The translations under genes were made by a program, and so were the position numbers. Source: the human T2T-CHM13v2.0 reference genome, Homo sapiens. From it: a stretch of DNA of 64,000 bases. This document shows, in pieces, positions 54,551-64,000 of this stretch; within the stretch, counting starts at the first letter, position 1, and each line of letters begins with the position of its first letter. The DNA is taken from NCBI RefSeq assembly GCF_009914755.1, contig NC_060926.1; one strand, given 5' to 3'. Below the pieces are notes generated by a model. It was not told the DNA's origin and ran no database searches. It worked only from the letters and a program-made list of their open reading frames with translations.

Positions 54551-57500
54551 AATAAAGCTAGAGAACAGGAATGCAGTTGGCCCTAGACAGACCTGGAGCC
54601 AGAAGACGGGGTAGAGTCAGGCCCCCAGGCTGTGTGCCTAGCCATCTGCCTCTGCCTCACTTTGCAGACCAGCTCTGTCTGCCACTCGTCTACATGGTGG
54701 AATGTGGCCATGCCACGCTTCAGAAAAGGGAATTTAGGTGGGCTAGATAATCTCTTTCCTCCTTCGAAAATGCCATATTTAAATAGATGATTTGAGAGTT
54801 TTCTCATTCTGTAATTTTTACACCTCTTTTATTTAGCCAAATAGAAACAAATTCTTTAATGCCAATTCCAAATTCCTAGAAGAATTCATATGCAATGGCA
54901 GGAACATCAAATACCGTATCCTCCTAGGATGGGATAATGCCTTGAGATATTAGCCTCCTCTTGTACCCTTGTCCTTTCTTACTGAGTCAGAAGCATTCGT
55001 TGTCTTGGAAACTAGGGCTAGGGAGAGAGAAGGCTATTGAGTTTCAGGAGCGTGGTTTGCACATCATACAGCCTAGAAGCTGAGAAGACTCTGGACTTGG
55101 AAATGTGTGGGGATGAAGAGCAAGGCTTCACGCACCCTGCAAATATACCCCACCCCCAAACCACAGATACGATGGGGCCGAGGTAAAGCAAGAGAGTGTG
55201 ATAAGGATGCTCCTTAGGCAGAAGAAGCTCATGGAAAACGCAGAAGCACAGAAACCGTACCAGTTTAGGGATGAATCTGGGGCAAGGACAACCTGAGTCC
55301 TATCCCAAAGTGGAGTCTTTAGCAGTGACGAGGCTCACCCCTCCACACACCCCACGGTGTCACCGCATGGGAAAGGAAGAGCAGAAACAAGCAGGCAGTG
55401 TGTCTAAGCAGATGGGCCTGAGAGCCGCAGGGAGCATGTACGGTTTGTGTGTTGAGCATCATGGGAGCAGCAGGTGGGTCCTGTGTGCCACAGCACAGGG
55501 TCCCTGCAGAAGCTGATGTCCCAGGGGAAGCATGCAAGGACAGACAATCAGTCCTGCAGGCAAGGGAAGGAAACAGCCACACACTATCTGCCTGTGGAAG
55601 AACCCCAGAACTTGTGGAAGAGAGGGAAGGAACCCTGACATGACTGCCACATGGTCAAATGGAAATTTCAGAGTTTCATGTTTTTAGCTTAATATCTTTA
55701 AAATGAAATGCATCTCTCTTGTTTACACTATATTCCCTCGTCAAGCACTCCCAGCAAATAAGAGTGATGTATGTCTTAGAATTAGCTTTTCCCCTGTGTT
55801 CTCCAGGCAGGATTTTGAGCAGAGTGAGGACAAGCCTGTGCCCAAAGAAGTTAACCTTTAAGCTCCCTAAGTGGCACATGGTCAGACGAAAACTAAGCGG
55901 GCACCTGGCAGGGAAGCCACAAAGCTCTGAGCTCTGACGTGTTAGTTGGGTGGCAAGGAGAAGCCAAACAGCAGATCCAGGGCTGGTCTGTGGAACTGGC
56001 AGCTATTTAGCATCCTGATCAGAACGGGCTAAACATATCTCACAGGCATTGCAAAACACCCCAGAGAACGAGGCACAAAGACACCCCAGAACAGGAAAAT
56101 TAGTGGTACAGATAACCCGTTTCTGTTTTTAAAATTATACGTTCAAAAAATGTAAGGATTTTCCCTTTCTGACTGTTTTTCATTTGCAGCAGCTTCTGTA
56201 TTCGAATAAGTGTTTTTTAAAAAAAACTAGGTGGATTACTGGCTGTGGAAATCTCTCTGCTCTTAAACTTTGTCATTGTCATACTTTTATCCAAGAACAT
56301 CTGAAGTCGCTATTTCATTAAACAAATTATATTATCTGATTAGAGATCTAAGTCTCTGAAGACTTTCTAGGTAATTCCTTATTTGCCATGATTTCTGTGG
56401 ATTGGGCTGGAAGTGGCAAACCCGGCCACCTCTGCTCTAAGTGATACCAGAAAGATGCTTCTAGCTCTAGCAGAGCAGTATTTTCTTTCTTTTCTTTTCT
56501 TTTTTTTTTTCAGTTGAACAAGAACTTAATAATCTTTTTTTTCTTTCTTTCGAGGATATTCAGAAAAGAAAGGGCCATTGCTCAACATGAGGGACAAATT
56601 GATACTGTCATAAAAGAGGGCAGGATATGAATTGTGCGGCTCTGGACTGATCTGACAGATGGGGCCACGTGCGTGAATGCACACTCACCTCTTGTGTGCA
56701 CCAATCTCTCTCCAGGCTTCCTGGAAGGGCAACCCACTGTCACTTAAAACAACAGCAGTGAGCATTGGTGGAACAATGGATTTTGATTAGAAAAACACTA
56801 ATGCCATATCTATTTGCTAATTGTAGACTCTTAACAATTTCTGTCAAATGTAGGATTCTTTTTAAAATTTCAGAGAAGTAATCACAGCCTTCTGAAATCC
56901 GGTGCGAGCCCTATCCATTCAGGCTTTTGTTTGCATAATGTGGGAAGTTTTGTGGGGGTGTGGGCCTGTGAGAGGGATGTAATAGAGTCGTTCTCTTTCC
57001 AAGGGCCCTTGAGAAGGCAAGTGTTGAGCTTACGCTTTTAATTGTGAAGGACCAAAGATAACCAACTGAAAAGTTTTTGATCAAGATATTTACATCTTCA
57101 TTGTAAGCACTGGAATTGAGAGGGTAAATCACAAAATACATGCAGAAGCCATGCTTTTTTATTCTTTCACGTGGTGTCTGAGACACTTAGTGTCTCAGAA
57201 TTTTCACATATTTATTGCCTACTTGGCTAAAACAAAGAAAGGTTAAGAAAACCATCCAAATACAGGGAAATAAAAAAGAATTAAAACCATGAGAGAAAAG
57301 GATTCTTTGGGATGGAGGAGGGTGTTTGTGCATTTTGTTCTGAGAAAACAAGAAAATCAAACTAAATATCAATAAAAACCTATCATAAAATAAGAACATT
57401 TAACAGCCACTAAACAGAGTACAATAGAGTGCAGCAAAACCATTCAGCTTTGCCAGTGCTTAAGGGTGGGGTTAGCTCAGCCTCAGCCTTCCTTAAGAAC

Positions 57501-58481
57501 CTGCTGAGAGTCAAACATGTCTGAGTCAAACACGTCTAGGCATATTCAACAACTAGCTGGGGTTGGTCTGCATGAGATTTCTTTACATAAGGTGTCAGGG
57601 AGGCTTATGGGTAATAATTTGTCGTTAGAAAAGAAGGATCCAGGCACATTGAGCCAGACCCAGTGACAGCAGCATGAAAATAAACACGGTTCTATGTTTG
57701 TTATTTGGATTTATCCCCTGCTTTAGCCCCAGATTTGACTTGTGGCTGGGTCCTAACTGGTCATGGGACAGAAGGAAGTGTGAGTTGTCTGTAAAGAACC
57801 TCTTGAGTAAAATTTGTGCAAGTACCTGTGGCATCAGCAACTCTGCTTGGGGATCCCTCCAGCAGGTAAGACAGGAATAGGGAGAGGCCATCTTCTCATC
57901 TGAGCACCAAGCACCTTCAGTACTCTAGGGACCCCTGCTGTTCCCTCTGGGTGGACACTCATGGCCTGGCAGTACCCAATGAAGAGAAACCCCATCACTT
58001 GCCCAAACTTGCTTCAGAGCGCTTATAAAAACATGGCCTGGGGATGCTCAAAGGAGACTGAAGATCTGACCCAGCAAAGAGAAGCAGATGACAATGAAAG
58101 ATTCATCGCCTACTCCCAGCTTCCTTTTCTATTGATTATGATATTTAGATAACTTTCTCTCTTCTTCAGTTTTTATATCTTTACAGATTAGTGTAATCAT
58201 TCTAACACCTTGCTAAATCTCAAAGCTTTCAATGAATGAATGTTAGTTAAGTTCTATGTGGATATAAACCCATACTGTAAACACTGCTTAATAATAGCAT
58301 TAGAGAGCATTTTAATTTTAGGCACAGAGCTTTCTTCCTCTACTATGTAATCTGATGTTTCTAACAATGAAAAGATCTTGACAAATACAGCTCTTAATAT
58401 ACTTAAAAATGCTTTGGGGGGATTATTCTTTTTCATCCTATGTCAGTTATCTATGGTTACATAACAAATCACTATAGTGGC

Positions 58482-59229
58482 TCACACTACAAAAATATTA
58501 AAATGCCTAAAATTAAAAGACTGACTAGCCAAAGTTGGCAAGGATGTGGAGCTACTGGAATTCTCATGCATTGTTACTGAAAATGCATAATGTGCAACCG
58601 CTTTGGAAGCAGTGGAAAGGAGTTGGGAGTTTATTAAAATGTTAAACATATACCTAACATGTTTATTCCAATCTTACATATTTACTGAAGAGAAATAAAA
58701 GCTTACAGCCACACAAAGAACTACGAATGTTGACAGCAGCTTTATTTATTGTAGACAAAAACTGGAAACAACTGCAATGTACATCCATGGGTGAATGGAT
58801 AAACACATTATGATCTACTCTTACAATGGACCACTATTCAAGTAATAAAAGGAAATGAACTACTGATTCACCCAATAACATGAATGAATCTCAAAATAAT
58901 GACACTGAGTGAAAGAAGACAGACAAAAAACAACACATACTATATAAGTCAATTTGTATAAAATTCTAGAAAATCTAAAGTAATCTATAAATGCAGGAAG
59001 CAATTCGTGGTTTCCTGGTTGGGAGGGGAGGGCAGAGGGAGCACAAGGAAACTTTTAGGGGTAATAGATTTGCTCATTATCTTGATTGCGGTATTCATTT
59101 TACAGATACATACATATGTCAAAGCTTATCAAATTGGACTATACATAGATTAAGTATAGTCGATGTCGATTATGCTTCAATTAAAAAATTTTAGTAAAAT
59201 TTTGAAAAGCAATGCTAAAAAAAGATTTT
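58482..59229 (+). mobile_element. Ancient L1 (L1MC/MD-like) 3' end nested in an MLT1 LTR
   Basis: 'aaagttggcaaggatgtggagc...gggtgaatggataaac...tgaatctcaaaataat...aaattctagaaaa'; 'gtggct' on both sides. Confidence 0.85.
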
Positions 59230-59265
59230 GTGGCTTTAAACAAATAAAACTACAATCATTTAATT
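59049..59265 (+). repeat. 217-bp inverted duplication, arm 1 (likely donor)
   Basis: Reverse complement of 62147-62363; 216/217 identical. Confidence 0.98.
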
Positions 59266-61659
59266 TTCTCATGGATCTACAAATTTGGCAAGGCCTAATG
59301 GAGAAGGCTTATCTCGATAGCCCCATGTGGCATCAGCTATGACAACTCAATTGAGGGCTGAAGGATCAAATCCCAAGATGGCTCACTCACATGGTGACAA
59401 GTTTGCATGGGCTGTAATCTGACGGCTCAACCCAGACTGAGCACTGGTGACCTCTGTTTCTCTCCACTTGAACCATTTCATGTGCCCTGAGCTTCCAGCC
59501 TAGTGACTAGGCACAAAAGGCAAGTGTCCTAAAAGACAGTCTAGTAGAATCTGCTTCACTTTTTATGACTTGGCTGTGGAAATCACTTAGCATCACTTCA
59601 ACCAAACTCTTGTCATTGAGATAGTCACAAAAGTGCACCTAGTTTCAAGGGGAGAAGACATACACTCTGTCTCTTGCTGGGGAGTGGCAAGTTCTGGAAG
59701 AGCACATGGAATGTAAATACTATTAAAGACTTTTTTTTTGAAAACCACAATTTGACACAGTCCTCTAGCCACAGCAATTTTCATTCCTCCCACATGCAAA
59801 ATATACTTCTTCCTAAAAAAAAAAAAAACCAAAGTATCTTTCCTTGATGGTTTTTGGACTCAGGCTTGAGGTCTAGGATCTCAAGCAAATTCACTGGAAA
59901 ACAGGTGGCAGTTTCTTAAAAAGTTACACACACACCCGCTATATGATTCATCCATTCTACTCCTAGGTATTTACCTAAGAGAAATGAAAGCACATAGCCA
60001 TACAAAGAGATAAGTTTCCTGGATGAAGTTCCTAGAGTATGATCCCCAGGTGAGATTTTTCTTGTTCTGAAAACCTGTGAACTAAAGAGAAAGTTATCTA
60101 CCCCATACACACCCAACATACAATGGTAGGACAGATATGTAATAACTTACATAAACACTCGTGTTCAAAAACAGGGAAAATGAGGCATGCAGAAGTCACT
60201 GCTTCATAGCAATTCTGAAATTCCACTGGGCACATTTGTCAGTCCCATGATTAGGGTTCAGCAATACTACCTGTGTAAAATTTTCTACAGCTTATAACTT
60301 TACCCTCTGGGCTCATGATTCTACATTCTAAATTATCCTTACTGTTCAATAAAATATAACCTACATTTGCAGCTGAGTAATTTTCTCAGTCTGCTTCCTG
60401 TCCATAGAAGTTCAGGAGTCCAAAAACCTACTTACACTTTGTACAGTTCCTGTATTCATTAGCCCAAGTTGGTTTTGTTTCCAATAATATAATTCCCTTA
60501 AAAACTTGTAGATTTCTTATGAATCTCCTTGGGTTCCCATTAGATAAAGTGATACCCACAAACTCATCTAGATTAGCCCTTCCTTACCTTAAGCTACTGG
60601 TGAGAATGCTGAGGGACAATGACCTTCAGACTCTTATAAAGTCTATTTTTTAACAGGATATATATTTAAATATATTTCAATATTTAGAGAGCCTCTGATC
60701 GGTCTGAAAGGTCCTATGAGACACTGACACTGAGAAGCTCGGGTCTTAACAAATTATCTTATAGTCCTGATTTGGACTCGATCTTTGGTCCAAGGTCATT
60801 TCTTAATTTGAGAATTATGTGACATCTGGAGAGGCTAGGAAGGAAAACCAGTTTCATTTTTGAATACACGAAGTCCTAGAGCCTTTATATTTCCTTTAAA
60901 TTTGCTTAAAAATCAAACAGTTCCCTTTTTTTAGTTCATTTCTCCCTATCTTTATCTAAACATACATAGATCCAGTTGGCACTTTCAAAATACTGCCTGA
61001 AAAGTTTTCATATTCACCAGTTCATTATGTATAATTTTTCTATTTTTTATGTCACTGCAGGCAAAATCCTCTTTCCACTCAATTCCAGTAACCTTTTCTC
61101 TTTCCTTTAAACCCTCACTCACAGTCCCGTAAGGGCCGTCAGACTGCAGCTAACAGTTTCTTCAAGGCCCTTCCAATATTTGCCCACCTTCCAGTTCCAA
61201 AGCCACTATCACATAATTTAGGCTTTGCTATGGCAGCACCCCAGATACCACTTCCAGATACCAAACTCCTCACTAGTTATTTACTGGTGCATAATACACT
61301 GTGCCAAAACTTAGTGGCTTAAAATGACAAAAATTATTTATTTTTGCCCCAGAATCTTCTATTTAGGCAAGGCTCAGTGGAGAACGCTGATCTCTGCTCC
61401 AATTGGCATTAGCTAAAAAAGCTCGACTGTCAGCCAGAGGATCAGGCTCCTACAGGGTGCATTTGGCTGGCAATTTGGTCCTGACTATTGGCTGGAAGTT
61501 TAGCCTGGGTTGAGGCTTAATACAGCTACAAAATGTGTTTGTGGTCATTTACTTACAAATCCAATGGAATTGAATATTTTTATACACTTTACGTGGAGCA
61601 AATTAAAATATGTGCTGTGGGGTGTGTGTTTGTGTGTATGAGTGTGTGCAGCACATATG

Positions 61660-61885
61660 TTTTGTGGATGCCAAAGCAACTCTACCTTGAGTGCTAAGTG
61701 TCCGTGTTGACTTCTGATTAACCCCAATTCTGGGAAAACCTCTAAGATTTCCAGTTTAAATCCTGCCCTTAGGTCACACAACCTTGATGTTATTATGCTT
61801 ACCATAAGTCCTGCCTTTAAATAATTGTTTTACATATCCCTTCTGAATCATGTATACCCTTTCCCTATGGTATATAACCCCTTCA
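61660..61885 (+). mobile_element. ERV1-type LTR fragment nested in an MLT1 LTR
   Basis: 'gttgacttctgattaaccccaattctgggaa...ctctaagatttc...atgtataccctttccctatggtatataa'. Confidence 0.5.
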
Positions 61886-62146
61886 TGTGGCCCGGACTTC
61901 ATCATTACAGAATGACTGAAGACCAAGAGTGAGCACCCCAAGAGAGAAAGATAACCTTTTATGATCTAGCCTCAGTAGCCACAGAGCATTACTTCACCCA
62001 CATACTATTAGTTGGATGGTCACAAAAGCCTGACCAGATTCAGTTGGAAGGGACACAGACTTCATCTCTTGAAGTGGGTATACTAAGATGTTGGAAGAGC
62101 ACATGGAATGTAAAGAAAAGACAATCTGCCACACTTTTTAAAATTT

Positions 62147-62363
62147 AATTAAATGATTTTAGTTTTATTTGTTTAAAGCCACAAAATCTTTTTTTAGCAT
62201 TGCTTTTCAAAATTTTACTAAAATTTTTTAATTGAAGCATAATCGACATCGACTATACTTAATCTATGTATAGTCCAATTTGATAAGCTTTGACATATGT
62301 ATGTATCTGTAAAATGAATACCGCAATCAAGATAATGAGCAAATCTATTACCCCTAAAAGTTT
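62147..62363 (-). repeat. 217-bp inverted duplication, arm 2 (likely inserted copy)
   Basis: Bracketed by the direct repeat TTTAAAATTTAATTA (62137-62151 and 62361-62375). Confidence 0.98.
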
Positions 62364-62375
62364 AAAATTTAATTA

Positions 62376-63110
62376 TATATTTTTTGATATTTAAAAATTT
62401 ATATGGTTCAGAAGTCAACACTATATAAAAAGGTATCCATCGAGAGGTTTCATTCCCTTTTCTATCCCTATAGATAACATTTTCATTGTTTTTTGATTTA
62501 TACTTTGGGTTTATGTTTTAAATTCCAGAAACACACACACACACACACACACACACATTCCTATTGCCAATTCTTTCTTACAAAAAACAGATATTATATA
62601 TATTATATGATAGATGTTACATCTTGGTAATTGCTATATAACCTTTTATCAAGGTCTTCCTCATTCTCTTTTTATGGCTGTATAGTACTCCATTGTAGGC
62701 ATGTACCAGAGTTTATTTCATTTTTCTTTTATAGGTAGTCATTTGTTGTCAAGCTTTTGAATTTGTGCCAATATGATAAGTAAAAAGTAATACCTCAGTG
62801 TAGTTTTAATTTTAATAACTTTATAGTATATATCTTTTTTTGAAGGGTCTCTTCATCACTTTTGCTGATTTTTTCTATTGGGTTATCTAAATTTTAATAA
62901 TTTATATTAATTTTAACAATTCTTTATACACAAGAGAAATTCATCTCCTATCTGTGGTATCTATTGAAAATATTTATCTCCTATCTGTGGTATCTATTGA
63001 AAATATTTTCTGCCCATTTTCCCCTTGTCTTTTGTCTTTGCTTTTTGTGTTTTCTGCCTGACAAAATCTTTTTTCTGTAATGTCATCAATTATACTCACG
63101 CTTTCTTATT
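62376..63110 (-). mobile_element. Ancient L1ME-like 3' fragment containing (CA)n at 62531-62557
   Basis: 'cctcattctcttttttatggctgtatagtactccattgt...atttttctattggg...aaatattttc'. Confidence 0.65.
62943..63008 (+). repeat. Perfect 33-bp tandem duplication
   Basis: (atctcctatctgtggtatctattgaaaatattt) twice. Confidence 0.97.
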
Positions 63111-63348
63111 ATAAAGAGAAACAAATAATTTTAACTGTATATAAATTAGATAACATGACCACATAGGGGAAAAAAAACTGAGTTAAGTAATTTTTGAACC
63201 AAGTACTTTGGTTATACATCCTTAGTAGGATATATTGTTGTTAGTGGTGTTAATGTGTTAATTTGGAGATATATATTTTGTATACAGTATATCATAAGAC
63301 AGAGCAAATGAATTACTATATTTATGTGATTGGGAGAAGGCAGAGACC

Positions 63349-63859
63349 TGTCATACACATCCTCAGCCTCACTAATAATTCAGCAACAGCTGTGTGAGTG
63401 GTTGCGGGCAAGCTTCAAACCAGTTCAAATTGACATCTCATTTCAAGTGTGCACCACTGGTCTCTCACTTCCTGCCCCAGAACTTCTTTGCTGTGGGATG
63501 CCTGTGGGAACCCATATGATATTCCCACATTGTGATTCAAGGGAGCAGGTGAGTTAACGCCTCCTAAGTAACTCTCAACCAACTGGGGTAGGAGCTGAGA
63601 GAAATGCTTCTCTCTTTTGTCTCTTAGACAGACAACTCTAAGAACATTTTATACACTACTTAAAGGTGCTGGGAGATCAAGCAACAAGGCCCTGTTGAGG
63701 TGACCACTTCAATAATAGAATTGTTTGGGGTTTCCCTCCTTCCCTGTTTCACTCTCCCTGGTTCCTCATCCTTGCTTCCTGGGATCAGTTCTCAAATAAA
63801 TCACCTACACACCACCCTTTGTTTCAGGCTGTGTTTTGGGAGGACCTCAGGATAGAACA
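63349..63859 (+). mobile_element. ERVL LTR (LTR16-like)
   Basis: 'ctcacttcctgcccca...accaactggg...ttcctgggatca...caaataaatcacctacac...tgtttcaggctgtgttttggg...aggatagaaca'. Confidence 0.7.
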
Positions 63860-64000
63860 TTGCCCATGGAAGGGCTGAATCACTGAACTTATACTGGGAG
63901 CTACTGATCTTCCATTTTTTTAACCATATGAGACAAATAAACTTCAATTTTTTTGCTGTTACTTGCAGCTGAAAGCATTCCTAACTAACATAGGCAAATT

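Larger units (their letters stand above)
58441..62133 (-). mobile_element. MLT1 (MaLR) provirus: 3' LTR 58441-59759, internal region ~59760-61270, 5' LTR ~61271-62133
   Basis: Two co-oriented homologous LTRs (ends 'acaatttgacaca' and 'acaatctgccaca'; shared 'ggaagagcacatggaatgtaaa'). Internal ends 'ttcctcccacatgcaaaatata' and 'gcagcacccca...cttccagataccaaa' resemble MaLR-internal termini. Confidence 0.75.

Noticed and set aside
59695-62114. Identical ~22-bp match 'ggaagagcacatggaatgtaaa' in two places
   Set aside because: Explained by the paired LTRs of one provirus; too short to call conversion.

Overview
Primate, human-like genomic DNA (AluY/S/J copies, CpG-depleted, no CpG island) that reads as intergenic or deep-intronic. 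I cannot support any protein-coding exon, RNA gene or CRISPR array, and I cannot identify the locus. About half of the window is interspersed repeat: 12 Alus, a near full-length decayed ancient L1 (22.1-29.7 kb) with five nested insertions, a full-length ~2.8 kb Tigger4/Zombi-type pogo transposon with a broken Jerky/CENP-B-like transposase, a two-LTR MLT1 (MaLR) provirus, and solo LTRs, hAT MERs, MIR and L2. Subfamily names come from recalled consensus sequences and should be confirmed with RepeatMasker/Dfam. The main signal not explained by repeats is a set of local, near-identical copies. These are a 217-bp inverted duplication (216/217 identical, 15-bp flanking direct repeat), a 134-bp inverted duplication with a fold-back junction, a 56-bp direct copy and a 75-bp identical tract inside the old Tigger element. 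There is also a 66-nt near-perfect hairpin, several repeat-free motif-dense candidate enhancers and two candidate minus-strand exons. None of this demonstrates a new biological system.
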